A stretch of DNA of 36,090 nucleotides from Verrucomicrobia bacterium UBA1263. GTDB lineage: Bacteria; Verrucomicrobiota; Verrucomicrobiia; Limisphaerales; UBA1412. The position numbers and the translations under genes are program-made. Positions 23,701 through 33,043 of the stretch are shown here, one piece after another. The notes below the pieces were generated by a model, which saw only the letters and a program-made list of their open reading frames with translations, was not told the DNA's origin and ran no database searches. The stretch spans positions 26,407-62,496 of the forward strand of contig DBVN01000118.1 in the NCBI GenBank assembly GCA_002308515.1. Direction: 5' to 3'. Each line of letters starts with the position of its first letter. The stretch's first letter is position 1.

Positions 23701-26649
23701 GTATGGTTCACTGCCACTATGCTGGCAAACGCGAATATTTTTCAGAATTCACAAAAGGTCATCATCCCCTCTGAGAAGAACTTTATCACGATCGAAATGA
23801 CACCAGCCTCCCCTGTTCAGAAACCCAGAGATAAAGGGAAAGTCACACTTCGCACCCTGGACGCGAACGGCAGCCCCATTCAGGCAGAAGTCGCTCTGGG
23901 CATCGCAGATGAAGCTCTCTATGCTATTCAAAGTGAATACGCGAAAGATCCCCGTGAGTTTTTCTCCAATCCGCTGCGCTGGCAGCAGGTACGGACGTAT
24001 AACTCCTTCTGGCGAACGCTGGTATCACACAAAGCTGATACAGAAGAATCCAAAGAAGAGCAGGACGATTTAGCCGAATATGAACATGAGGAAGTTCCAA
24101 TGACTCTGGGCATTGACGGTGCCGCGCCGGCAAGAAGAATGCTCGCGAAAAACAGTGTCATGTCATTAGATGCCAAAGAAACTGCTGATATGGCCTACGA
24201 GATGGCGGAAATGCCCGCACCAATGATGGCCGCCGGCGATGGTGAAATGATCTCTCCGGATCAAGTGACCGTCCGAAATGATTTTCAATCCACGATCTTC
24301 TGGGGGCCAGAAATCGTAACAGATGCAGATGGATACGCGGAAGTAGAAGTGACTTATCCGGATAATCTCACCCAATGGAGATTGACAAGCCGGGCCAACA
24401 CAAAAGGCAGTCAATTCGGTATCCAGCAAGGGGAAGTCCGAGTGCGTCAGCCTCTGATGACCCGTCTGCAAGCCCCGCGCTTTTTCACTGTGGGAGATAC
24501 AGTCCACCTCTCCGCTGTCATCAACAATGACACCGAGAAAGATTTGACCGTAGGAGCTATTTTGGAAATTGAAAATGAAGATATTCTGCGAATGCAAGGC
24601 TCAAAGGAGATAACCATTGCTATCCCTGCGAAGGGAGAACAACGAGTCGTATGGAGCGTTAAAGCACTCGCCCCTGGAAATATCAAAATCAAAACGATCG
24701 TCCGCTCCACTCAGGAAGCTGATGCCATGGAAAAGAGTTATACTGTCTATGCGCACGGTATTGAAAAATTCATTGCCCGATCTGGTAAATTAGATCAAGG
24801 CAGCGTGGATATCATCATGGATCTGCCTAAAGAACGCAAGGAAACTGTATGTGAGATCCAGCTGACACCATGTCTGGCGGCCGGTATGCTGGACGCGCTT
24901 CCCTATCTTTTTGACTATCCCTATGGATGCACAGAACAAACCATGAGTCGTTTTCTGCCCGCGGTCATCGTCAAGCGTACACTCACAAAACTTGGCATTC
25001 CCCCGGAGAGTATCGAAAACCAACTTTTCGGCGGCAGAGAGCAAGATAGCAAAACACCAAGAGCTGAAACGAAAAAGTCATTCTCTCAATTAGATGAGAT
25101 CACACAAAAATCACTGGACCGTCTCTATGACCATCAGCACCAGGATGGGAGCTGGGGTTGGTGGAAGGAAAGCGGAGCGGATCCATTTATGAGCGCTTAT
25201 GTCGTCTGGGGATTGCAGCTGGCCCGATCTGCCGGGATCGATGTCAAAGCAGATGTGCTGAAACACGGCATCCAATGGCTGGACGAACATCTTTCCGCTT
25301 ATGAAGGACAACCTCATATCCAATGCTGGATGCTTCACGCGCTCAGCATAGAAACAAATAAGGACTCCATTAAACATTACGGAGATGTTTTTGATCATCT
25401 TTATAAAAATCGTGAATATCTGACCCCATATAGCAGAGCTCTATTGACACTTTCCGCGGTCAGACTGGAGAAAACTGAGGAAGCACAAATTCTCAGCAAA
25501 AACATTGAAAACGGAGCCATCCGCGATGCCGATCCGGATCAAACCGTTTTATTCAAGCAGACGGACACAACACAAACCGGCGGCGATGATCTGACCACAC
25601 TGCATTGGGATAACAGCCGCGGCGGCTACTGGTGGTTCCATAATCAAATCGAATCAACAGCGTTCTCTATTGCCGCTCTGGTCGCGGCAGATCCGCAAAG
25701 TCCTCTGATTCAGCCGGCAGTAAACTGGATCATCAAAAACCGCAGAGGTACTCAGTGGAACAACACACGGGATACCGCTTTATGTATATTAGCACTCTGC
25801 GACTTTATCCAGGTAAACAAGGAAATTGAAAGCAGTGTACGCTATTCCGTAGAAGTCAACGGCACCCCCGCCGGAGCCGGTCAGATTTCTTTTGCCGATA
25901 TCAGTAGTGGTACTTCAAAAATATGGGTGGACCCTTCCCTGCTTCATGAAGGCCAAAATCATATCGTCATCACCAAACTGGAGGGTGACGCGCCTGTTTA
26001 CTTCAGTTCTCAAATCAAATACTTCAGTATGGAAGAACCGATCACAGCCGCCGGAAATGAGCTTTTTGTAAGGCGCCAGTATTATAAATTAGATTCCATT
26101 CCGACTTTGCTGAAAGGACCTGCCACGCAAAAGACATTGCTGAAAAACGGGGACCACATTGAAAGCGGCGATCACATAGAAGTCGTCCTCACGATCGAGA
26201 GTAAAAACGAGTATGAATATCTGTTTTTTGAAGATCTAAAGCCAGGTGGGTTTGAAGCTGTCCAGACAAAAAGCGGCGCACCGATCTTCATTCGCGAGCT
26301 GAGCGAAACCGGCATTCAACGTCGTGCGGCAGATTCACTCACTTCCGAACTGGAAACTCCCAGTTCTAATCCGAAGATGCCGTTCTGGTGGAATATATCG
26401 CTTCAACCCTCTGCCGATGAAGACTACACTGGAAACAGGCTGTGGGTATATCAGGAACAAAGAGATCAAAAAACAGCCTCATTCATTGATCATCTTTCGG
26501 AAGGTGTATGGGAATTACGCTATGAGTATCGGGCTGAAACACCGGGACAATTCCATGCGCTGCCCGTTTTGGGAGAAGCCATGTATGTACCTGAATTGCG
26601 CTGTAACAGCGATGAATCGCTCATTGATATAGACGAGAGAAATGACTGA
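20725..26649 (+). CDS. thioester-containing bacterial alpha-2-macroglobulin family protein with an N-terminal helical-repeat extension
   Basis: MG-domain signature TDRPVYRPQEKVQWKTIVR. A2M-domain start VRNDFQSTIFW. Thioester site YPYGCTEQTMSRF. I prefer the ATG at 20725 to the TTG at 20653 used by the track. It has an RBS-like AAAGAGGA at 20711-20718, and its product starts MNSKLYSSLTKAIIILFVTMFLSLFSHAQN (signal or anchor). Confidence 0.9.
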   Translation: MNSKLYSSLTKAIIILFVTMFLSLFSHAQNVALEPLIQKAEKAYQEQSWAEAEKVYNEILEHKEDFSKNQLDWLQLHYLAAKYRNRYAQSSSFNNRKLSSIWDEITDLARDRHDEFWAEVQETLGDLEKMKQNFYSSPSAHYVQALDYWASQTDIEKARNRYRILIQKVIENALSNPSYLPLIQENILLNGIQLIEKQEDLLKLNLLLANQYQHKPLTPATYYLIRQQYKKLLAFSPKTPHYDRVLFNYAQWLELHGRQIKNPNNQYSYLADYEEALTYYQQIIEQFTKKKSPHWERAKDKIKAITEPQIGLLVSNQYTPGSQIEYSLFYNNLSNVQVSLYSIDLNRDIHPLKDKTLHRGSYLEAVTVQKKEAVYTESFSPATNRWAHFPSKENVSPKNIFPAGAYLLEAKSGTNTARELILITDIALIAKSAPEGENLLYLGNAFSGEPIPDAELHLIHTWNHSKEIFSKEQTLRTDTDGIARFAPLAKQNYSNILVTAKSADLQTLLFLDAPERHDPEEDFSVYVFTDRPVYRPQEKVQWKTIVRSRKNDTLSTPAGLKLDYAIHSPNDEIIKSGTVTLNDFGSAFDSLTLTQEMRLGEYQIEFKQNGTALEWATLFRLEEYKLPEYKLSVTPTAENYRLGDTIQTTIQAEYYFGGPVADAELTVQVRQKNYNHHWIQIRRYPWLYEDDFSGGNWQRNNIGEVILTKTLKTDSNGQALIEFETPLQTNRDLEYIINAKLLDSAGREVVAQNNIKVTSFSYYVQLKPTKTIITPGENAVIEITAEDANGKTHSAQGQIEVTRKHYVERWIDPAGDTVEGEKLDAIKKQVGYENFPPAPEKGKAPWRLKFSNYRFEKILTKEVSTDQNGRAQFRFPLEKTGCYQVSWTSADTLTLGNGEKIPWDNITASTSLWCADANTRTIQVKEQGITLILDENQAKVEHSLPIMIQTDHPGHHILLTAEANSIIGSQMIHMEGDAQLVAVPVTEAHTPNVWFTATMLANANIFQNSQKVIIPSEKNFITIEMTPASPVQKPRDKGKVTLRTLDANGSPIQAEVALGIADEALYAIQSEYAKDPREFFSNPLRWQQVRTYNSFWRTLVSHKADTEESKEEQDDLAEYEHEEVPMTLGIDGAAPARRMLAKNSVMSLDAKETADMAYEMAEMPAPMMAAGDGEMISPDQVTVRNDFQSTIFWGPEIVTDADGYAEVEVTYPDNLTQWRLTSRANTKGSQFGIQQGEVRVRQPLMTRLQAPRFFTVGDTVHLSAVINNDTEKDLTVGAILEIENEDILRMQGSKEITIAIPAKGEQRVVWSVKALAPGNIKIKTIVRSTQEADAMEKSYTVYAHGIEKFIARSGKLDQGSVDIIMDLPKERKETVCEIQLTPCLAAGMLDALPYLFDYPYGCTEQTMSRFLPAVIVKRTLTKLGIPPESIENQLFGGREQDSKTPRAETKKSFSQLDEITQKSLDRLYDHQHQDGSWGWWKESGADPFMSAYVVWGLQLARSAGIDVKADVLKHGIQWLDEHLSAYEGQPHIQCWMLHALSIETNKDSIKHYGDVFDHLYKNREYLTPYSRALLTLSAVRLEKTEEAQILSKNIENGAIRDADPDQTVLFKQTDTTQTGGDDLTTLHWDNSRGGYWWFHNQIESTAFSIAALVAADPQSPLIQPAVNWIIKNRRGTQWNNTRDTALCILALCDFIQVNKEIESSVRYSVEVNGTPAGAGQISFADISSGTSKIWVDPSLLHEGQNHIVITKLEGDAPVYFSSQIKYFSMEEPITAAGNELFVRRQYYKLDSIPTLLKGPATQKTLLKNGDHIESGDHIEVVLTIESKNEYEYLFFEDLKPGGFEAVQTKSGAPIFIRELSETGIQRRAADSLTSELETPSSNPKMPFWWNISLQPSADEDYTGNRLWVYQEQRDQKTASFIDHLSEGVWELRYEYRAETPGQFHALPVLGEAMYVPELRCNSDESLIDIDERND
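24928..24939 (+). other. CxEQ thioester motif (Cys-Thr-Glu-Gln) of the alpha-2-macroglobulin
   Basis: Codons tgc aca gaa caa sit within GCTEQ. Confidence 0.8.
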
Positions 26650-27061
26650 AGAATTTTCACCGGAATCCATTGATCAACTGAATAAGGGATCCTTTATTTC
26701 ACGGCTGGGCATCCGCTGCACCCATGTCGAGGACGGACTGATGGAGGCGACGATGCCGGTAAATGAAAGCAACTGCCAACCTCTTAAAATGCTTCATGGT
26801 GGAGCATCCCTCACACTTGCGGAGACTTTAGCCGGATGCGGATCCTATGTTCTGGAAAAAGGAAATAAATGGCCTTGGGGAATACAGGTGAATGGGACAC
26901 ATGTTTCTTCTGTCGCGATGGGAGACAGTGTCAGAGCGGTGGCAAAACTGATCCATAAAGGTCATTCGACACACCTCTGGGATGTGAATATCTATGCGCA
27001 GAGTACAGGTAAATTGGTCTCAACTGTTCGAGTGACAAACAAATTGGGCGAGAAGAAATAG
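26642..27061 (+). CDS. menI: hotdog-fold (PaaI/YdiI-type) thioesterase, probable 1,4-dihydroxy-2-naphthoyl-CoA hydrolase
   Basis: LMEATMPVNESNCQPLKMLHGGASLTLAETLAG parallels E. coli YdiI (LEATMPV..QP..LHGGASVVLAES). It is the first gene of a men cluster. Its ATG overlaps the A2M stop by 8 nt. Confidence 0.75.
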   Translation: MTEEFSPESIDQLNKGSFISRLGIRCTHVEDGLMEATMPVNESNCQPLKMLHGGASLTLAETLAGCGSYVLEKGNKWPWGIQVNGTHVSSVAMGDSVRAVAKLIHKGHSTHLWDVNIYAQSTGKLVSTVRVTNKLGEKK

Positions 27062-27063
27062 TG

Positions 27064-28149
27064 ATGAATAAAAAAGAAGTTTCCTACGCCTTATTCAAGC
27101 AGCCCGGCAATGGAGATATCTCTTTATTTTTCCAGGAAAATACCCTGCCTGAAAGAATTCCTGCCTTGCGCGAATTGAACAATAAAACGGGATTTGTCAT
27201 CGCGCCTTTCATTGTCAGCAATGAGACTCCTATTCTCCTGCTGCACCCCGAGTATCAACTCCATGGGATAAAAGAAATCATCGCCTTTTTGGGCACAAGA
27301 CGAGAATCATTCACTCAGAATTCATCGGAAGCTTTATCACTTCCCTATCTGGAGGAAACAAAAGTATTCCAGCGGTATTCCAATGCATTTCAAACCGTAA
27401 AAGATCTCCTTTCAGCGGACAAACTGAAAAAAATCGTTCTTGCCCGTACCACATCAATACAAAACGATACGGACCTAAACGCAGCCAGTCTTTTTTTTAA
27501 CGCGTGTGAAAGTTACCCCAACGAATATGTAGTTCTGTTCCACACACCGTTCACAGGAACATGGCTAAGCGCGACACCAGAACTTCTGCTGGAACACTCA
27601 AACGAAATGGCGCATACCATCGCGCTTGCCGGTACAATTACAGACAAGGATTCCACCCTCCCAACACAGTGGAACGATAAAAATATCAAAGAACAGCAGA
27701 TCGTTGTCGATTTTATCCGCTCTCGGCTTCACCTATATCCCATCACATCCACCGTTTACGAACCGATTCAAGTTCATGGGGGTAAACTTTCACATCTAAA
27801 GACCAATTTCTATTTCAAAATTGAATATCAAAAATTCTATGAACGAGTCGGTGGCATCTTAGATTCACTGCATCCTACGCCGGCTGTCTGCGGTGTACCT
27901 CAAGACGAGTCAATGGAATTGATTTCAAAATTGGAATGTCTCCCCCGCTTGTATTATTCTGGTTTTACAGGCATACTTAACATGGACAGACAAACTCATT
28001 TCTATGTGACACTGAGATGTCTGAAGATGGGGCATGATCATCTGACCCTCTATGCCGGTGGAGGAATACTCCCCATGTCACAAATGGAAAGCGAATGGGA
28101 AGAGACCGAGGAAAAGTTGAAAATCATGAAAAGTCTCATTACTACATGA
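27064..28149 (+). CDS. menF: isochorismate synthase
   Basis: Chorismate-binding C-terminal motifs are present: LHPTPAVCGVP, YYSGFTG and YAGGGI. The men-cluster context supports the call. The start is ATG 27064, or the GTG at 27061 used by the track. Confidence 0.88.
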   Translation: MNKKEVSYALFKQPGNGDISLFFQENTLPERIPALRELNNKTGFVIAPFIVSNETPILLLHPEYQLHGIKEIIAFLGTRRESFTQNSSEALSLPYLEETKVFQRYSNAFQTVKDLLSADKLKKIVLARTTSIQNDTDLNAASLFFNACESYPNEYVVLFHTPFTGTWLSATPELLLEHSNEMAHTIALAGTITDKDSTLPTQWNDKNIKEQQIVVDFIRSRLHLYPITSTVYEPIQVHGGKLSHLKTNFYFKIEYQKFYERVGGILDSLHPTPAVCGVPQDESMELISKLECLPRLYYSGFTGILNMDRQTHFYVTLRCLKMGHDHLTLYAGGGILPMSQMESEWEETEEKLKIMKSLITT

Positions 28150-29861
28150 TAACAAAAAGCAATATGTACTCTGATAAGCTGAATGTGCAAATCCTTGTTT
28201 CACTGCTGATTGAACATCAAATCAGTCATATTGTGCTGTGCCCCGGTTCCAGAAATTCACCGTTGACACATACGATCTCACAACATCCATTCTTTAAATG
28301 TTTCAGCATTTTTGATGAGCGCAGTGCCGGCTTCTTTGCCATAGGACTGGCTCAAAAACTACAGCATCCCGCAGCCGTCTGCTGCACATCCGGCACGGCA
28401 CTTCTGAATCTGGCATCCGCTGTTGCCGAGGCCAAATATCAACAGGTTCCCCTGCTGGTTATTTCAGCGGATCGACCTCCGGCATGGATAAATCAAATGG
28501 ATGGACAAACTATTCCACAACAGGGTGTTTTTGGAAATCTTGTCAAAAAATCTGTTCATCTCCCAGAAGTTCAAAATGACGAGGACAGATGGTATTGTGA
28601 AAGACTTGTCAACGAAGCCATCCTTAGTTTGAGTCAGCATGGGCGTACACCAGTCCATATCAATATTCCCATCAGCGAACCGCTTTTTCAATATACCGCG
28701 TCGGAACTTCCGGCGGTAAAACCTATAAAACTCGCATCCACACAAAAAACAATATGCGATCCGGAATTTGTTCTAAACTGGAGCCATTCTCAAAAACGGA
28801 TGATCTTGGTTGGGCAGCTTCCACCGGATCCTCAGTTGGAAAAAATCATTGACCAAATATCACGTCAATGGCACTGTGTCGTCCTTTGTGAACACTTGGC
28901 TAATATCCAAAACGTAAAAGATGTCATCACTCAGTTTGATACTATCCTGAAAGTATCAAACTCATCCGAAATACATCAATTAAAGCCGGATATTCTTCTT
29001 ACAATAGGCGGTCATATCGTTTCTAAGCATCTAAAGAAATTTCTTCGTGACACTCACCCTGTTCACTATCTGATCTCCAAATCCGGTGAACCAGCAGATA
29101 CATTCCAATCTCTTCGAGGAATCATTGAGGGAGAACCTAAAAGCATTCTTGAAACTCTGTGTGATTCTATCCCTGATGTAAACATTAAAACCGAGGCCAT
29201 TGCATATAAAACACGGTGGAATTCGCTTCAGGATACGCAAACCAGGAAAATCATCGACACCACTGTTCCCTGGTCTGATCTATCTGCCATCCGGCTGTTT
29301 CTTGATAATATGTCTCCTAACGCCGCGCTGCATTTGGCAAACAGCAGCACCGTGCGCCATGCGCAGTTATTTCATTTACCACCAAACACTCAGGTATATT
29401 GCAATCGCGGTACAAGCGGCATTGATGGCTCTTTATCAACAGGTGTTGGATTCTCTATCCTGCACCGAGGCATTACCTATGTCATCATTGGAGATTTGAG
29501 TTTCTTCTATGATATGAATGTGCTGATGAGCAGATATATCACACGCAATTTAAGGATTTTGCTCATTAATAACGGAGGTGGCGGAATTTTTTATCAGCTG
29601 CCAGGATCAAAGAAATCTCCGGCTTTGGTTGAATACATAGCCGCTTCACATTCCGTTTCCGCCCAAGGTTGGATCGAATCTCTGGGGATAGGCTATCTTG
29701 CCGCGAAAACAGAAACAGAACTGCGACATTGTCTGATTCCTTTCACTCAAGCCGAAGCTGAAAAAAACGCTTTGTGCCTGGAGGTATTTACAGATCCTCA
29801 ATCTAATGAAAAAGCAATCAAAACATTTTACGAAATCTTAGAAAATAAAAGTCATGAATAA
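28146..29861 (+). CDS. menD: SEPHCHC synthase (2-succinyl-5-enolpyruvyl-6-hydroxy-3-cyclohexene-1-carboxylate synthase)
   Basis: N-terminal CPGSRNSPL and the ThDP-binding [18 protein letters not shown]. The start is trimmed to ATG 28146, which overlaps the menF stop as ATGA. Confidence 0.92.
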   Translation: MITKSNMYSDKLNVQILVSLLIEHQISHIVLCPGSRNSPLTHTISQHPFFKCFSIFDERSAGFFAIGLAQKLQHPAAVCCTSGTALLNLASAVAEAKYQQVPLLVISADRPPAWINQMDGQTIPQQGVFGNLVKKSVHLPEVQNDEDRWYCERLVNEAILSLSQHGRTPVHINIPISEPLFQYTASELPAVKPIKLASTQKTICDPEFVLNWSHSQKRMILVGQLPPDPQLEKIIDQISRQWHCVVLCEHLANIQNVKDVITQFDTILKVSNSSEIHQLKPDILLTIGGHIVSKHLKKFLRDTHPVHYLISKSGEPADTFQSLRGIIEGEPKSILETLCDSIPDVNIKTEAIAYKTRWNSLQDTQTRKIIDTTVPWSDLSAIRLFLDNMSPNAALHLANSSTVRHAQLFHLPPNTQVYCNRGTSGIDGSLSTGVGFSILHRGITYVIIGDLSFFYDMNVLMSRYITRNLRILLINNGGGGIFYQLPGSKKSPALVEYIAASHSVSAQGWIESLGIGYLAAKTETELRHCLIPFTQAEAEKNALCLEVFTDPQSNEKAIKTFYEILENKSHE

Positions 29862-30675
29862 ACGAGAATGGCAAACAATCAAGGAATTTGAAGACATCCT
29901 GTTTGAATATTACAATGGCATTGCCAAAATCACGATCAATCGTCCCCGTTATTACAACGCTTTTACCCCAACAACGACGGCCGAAATGAGTGAAGCCTTG
30001 ACCATCTGCCGTGAAAGACAAGATATCAATGTCATTGTCTTCACCGGCACCGGTGACAAAGCATTCTGTTCCGGCGGTGATCAAAATGTCAAAGGTCGAG
30101 GCGGGTACATCGGCAAAGACGGAGTTCCTCGTCTTAGTGTTCTGGATGTTCAAAAACAGATCCGCTCCATTCCCAAACCCGTTATCGCGATGGTCAACGG
30201 CTATGCTATCGGTGGCGGCCAGGTCCTTCAGCTCGTATGCGATCTCTCTATTGCTTCGGAAAACGCGATCTTTGGTCAAACCGGCCCTCATGTGGGCAGC
30301 TTTGATGCCGGTTTTGGCGCATCTTATCTCGCTCGCGTCGTGGGCCAGAAAAAAGCTCGTGAAATCTGGTTCCTTTGCAGAAAATACAATGCCCAGGAGG
30401 CTCTTGAAATGGGACTTGTCAACAAAGTGGTTCCTTTTGAAAAATTAGAAGATGAGGTCGTTGAATGGGCTGAAACGATCATGCGGCACAGTCCGCTGGC
30501 ACTTCGTATGATCAAGGCCGGTCTTAACGCGGAATTAGATGGACAAGCCGGTATCCAGGAGTTAGCTGGTGACGCGACTCTGCTCTATTATCTGACAGAT
30601 GAAGCCCAAGAAGGGAAAAACGCTTTTCTCGAAAAACGCAGTCCTGATTTCAAGCAATATCCCAAGTTCCCATAG
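29854..30675 (+). CDS. menB: 1,4-dihydroxy-2-naphthoyl-CoA synthase
   Basis: 273-aa crotonase-fold protein with a MenB-typical N-terminus ([25 protein letters not shown]), FCSGGDQ, and a C-terminus [14 protein letters not shown]. It overlaps menD by 8 nt. Confidence 0.95.
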   Translation: MNKREWQTIKEFEDILFEYYNGIAKITINRPRYYNAFTPTTTAEMSEALTICRERQDINVIVFTGTGDKAFCSGGDQNVKGRGGYIGKDGVPRLSVLDVQKQIRSIPKPVIAMVNGYAIGGGQVLQLVCDLSIASENAIFGQTGPHVGSFDAGFGASYLARVVGQKKAREIWFLCRKYNAQEALEMGLVNKVVPFEKLEDEVVEWAETIMRHSPLALRMIKAGLNAELDGQAGIQELAGDATLLYYLTDEAQEGKNAFLEKRSPDFKQYPKFP

Positions 30676-30681
30676 CATAAA

Positions 30682-31752
30682 ATGCGCGTCAAAATTATCC
30701 CCAGGATCCTCCACTTCAAGAAACCGGCAGGCACTTCCCGTGCTGTGTATCACACACGAAAAGTCTGGTATATCCTTATCCAAAAGGAGGATCGTTTCGG
30801 CATTGGTGAATGCGCGCCATTGCCAAACTTGAGCTGTGATGATTTAGAGGATTATACCGACCTGTTGACTCACTCAGTACATCGCCTCTTGAATACAGAT
30901 AATTTTGACTTAGCATCTCTCCGCGATTTTCCTTCGATGCTTTTCGGATTGGAAACCGCCCTGCTCCAATTAGAAGAGAATACATTCACTCTCTCAAACA
31001 CACCATTTGCCATTGGCAAACAAGGTATTCCTATCAATGGACTTGTCTGGATGGGTACCTCCGATGAAATGGCGAAACAGATCGAAGAAAAAATCGAACA
31101 GGGTTTTCACTGTATCAAACTCAAAATAGGCGCAATTGACTTCCTCGAAGAATTGAAACTGCTTCGCGGTATTCGCCGTCGTTTTCCCGCAAATGCCATC
31201 GAACTGCGTGTGGACGCGAATGGAGCCTTTTCTCCGGCAAATGTCATGGATAAATTAGAACGTTTGGCGGAACTGGAAATCCATTCCATTGAACAGCCTC
31301 TTCCTCCCGGACAGATGATCCAAGCGGGCAATCTGCTCAGCGATCCTCCGATCCCCATCGCGTTGGATGAAGAATTGATCGGTAAAAATACATTGCGGGA
31401 AAAACGATCTCTTCTGGATTCTATTCGCCCACAATATATCGTTCTAAAACCCAGTTTACATGGTGGTATGCTGGGGTGCCGGGAATGGATCGCTGAAGCC
31501 CGTCAGCGCGGGATCGGCTGGTGGATCACCTCCGCGCTGGAGTCCAACATTGGTTTGAACGCGATCGCTCATTTTTGCGCTTCGATCATTTCTCCAATAG
31601 ATTCTCAAACACTTCCGCAGGGGCTGGGTACGGGACTGCTCTTCCAGGATAACATTCCGCTTCCTTTGGAAATCAATCAGGCTTGTCTATGGTTCCATTC
31701 AGAAAAAGAACCTGATGTCCATTCTGTCGCTCAGACTTTTCTTAAGGAATGA
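30682..31752 (+). CDS. menC: o-succinylbenzoate synthase (enolase superfamily)
   Basis: CIKLKIG, and the metal-ligand segments RVDANGAF, IEQPL and ALDEEL. The men-cluster context supports the call. Confidence 0.85.
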   Translation: MRVKIIPRILHFKKPAGTSRAVYHTRKVWYILIQKEDRFGIGECAPLPNLSCDDLEDYTDLLTHSVHRLLNTDNFDLASLRDFPSMLFGLETALLQLEENTFTLSNTPFAIGKQGIPINGLVWMGTSDEMAKQIEEKIEQGFHCIKLKIGAIDFLEELKLLRGIRRRFPANAIELRVDANGAFSPANVMDKLERLAELEIHSIEQPLPPGQMIQAGNLLSDPPIPIALDEELIGKNTLREKRSLLDSIRPQYIVLKPSLHGGMLGCREWIAEARQRGIGWWITSALESNIGLNAIAHFCASIISPIDSQTLPQGLGTGLLFQDNIPLPLEINQACLWFHSEKEPDVHSVAQTFLKE

Positions 31753-32924
31753 ACTCTATCTGTATCAACGGAATAAGTCATACTCAAGAGGAAATTCTGG
31801 CTGGCAGAAATCTAAAGCTCCTCTCGCCAGAACTGGTGGATTTCCTGCATGATTGGTTCTCAGAGTCTCCCGTTTTCCATGTCAGGACATCTGGTTCGAC
31901 CGGCATTCCCAAACAAATCCCTGTCCTCAAAAAACACGCTGTCAACAGCGCGAAGGCCACATGCTCCTACTTGGGACTGAAACGCGGTGATAATGCCCTT
32001 CTTTGCCTTTCCACGCAATATATCGCGGGTAAAATGATGATCGTCCGGGCAATTACCGCCGGTTTGAACCTGTGGACAGTTCCGGTAGATGGGCATCCTC
32101 TGAAACCTTTCTTGAACTCACCTCATCCTCATTTTCATTTTGCGGCAATGGTTCCGCTGCAGGTCATCAATTCTCTCCAAATAGAAAATGAACGGGATCT
32201 CTTAGCTCAGATCGACAAAATCATCATCGGCGGCGCCGCAATCGATCCTCAATTAGAAGCCGATCTGCGCTCTTTCCCTAATACATTTCTGTCCACTTAC
32301 GGAATGACGGAAACTCTTTCGCATATCGCAATGCGTCCGCTGAATGGTTCCCAGGCATCCCCATATTATACCCCACTTCCTGGTGTCCATGTACGGGCTG
32401 ATGCCGATGCGACTCTCATCATTGACTTTCCAGAAATTGGCATAACACAGCTCAAAACACATGACCGGGTTCACATCATCCCATCTGCTCTTGACCGTGC
32501 CGCGAATTTCAAAATCCTTGGCCGGATAGACAATATCATCAACAGCGGAGGTCTCAAAATACAACCTGAGGAAATAGAGTCAAAGCTCGCTTTTCTTCAC
32601 CCCAACCACTATGCGGTCACATCTCTTCCGCATCCCGTGCTGGGTGAAGCCATCGTTCTGCTTATATCCACACAATCTATTCAAAATCAATTAGATTCAG
32701 CAAATACAAAAATCTTAAAAAGACAGAATTGGCAAAACGCTTCGGAACGCTCAGATTTTCTGAAACTGCTCTCGATTCACCTGTCTAAATATCATCTCCC
32801 CAAAGCCATTGGCTGGGTAGATGTTCTGCCCTTCACACCAAATGGAAAGATAGACCGCATAGCATTAAAACAACTTGCTTCCAAAGTCTTTGGGGAAAAT
32901 CCATTTAACCCAAAATCGTATTAG
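31749..32924 (+). CDS. menE: o-succinylbenzoate-CoA ligase (short adenylate-forming enzyme)
   Basis: AMP-binding motifs TSGSTGIPK and YGMTET, with a terminal NGKIDR. ATGA overlap with menC. Confidence 0.85.
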   Translation: MNSICINGISHTQEEILAGRNLKLLSPELVDFLHDWFSESPVFHVRTSGSTGIPKQIPVLKKHAVNSAKATCSYLGLKRGDNALLCLSTQYIAGKMMIVRAITAGLNLWTVPVDGHPLKPFLNSPHPHFHFAAMVPLQVINSLQIENERDLLAQIDKIIIGGAAIDPQLEADLRSFPNTFLSTYGMTETLSHIAMRPLNGSQASPYYTPLPGVHVRADADATLIIDFPEIGITQLKTHDRVHIIPSALDRAANFKILGRIDNIINSGGLKIQPEEIESKLAFLHPNHYAVTSLPHPVLGEAIVLLISTQSIQNQLDSANTKILKRQNWQNASERSDFLKLLSIHLSKYHLPKAIGWVDVLPFTPNGKIDRIALKQLASKVFGENPFNPKSY

Positions 32925-32966
32925 GATTTTGATTTTTTCAAAACATATTCAAAATCAATATGTTCT

Positions 32967-33043
32967 GTAGAGACGCGGGACTCCCGCGTCTCCGAGACGA
33001 GCGACCCGCTCGTCTTTGAGACGCCCGAATCGGGCGTCTCTAC
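32967..33043. repeat. REP/REPIN-like cluster of three tandem palindromes sharing AGACG...CGTCT stems
   Basis: H1 (32967-32992, plus strand) is GTAGAGACGCGGGACTCCCGCGTCTC. H2 (32995-33015) is AGACGAGCG-ACC-CGCTCGTCT. H3 (33018-33043), read on the minus strand, is GTAGAGACGCCCGATTCGGGCGTCTC. H1 and H3 are the same 26-mer in inverted orientation, with compensatory changes in the apical stem (GGGA/TCCC versus CCGA/TCGG). The cluster lies between the convergent stops at 32924 and 33064. Confidence 0.6.

Noticed and set aside
29818-30448. ORFs 29818-30291 (minus strand) and 30011-30448 (plus strand, other frame) overlapping menB
   Set aside because: menB is unambiguous in its own frame. These are shadow ORFs without start-site signals or recognisable motifs.
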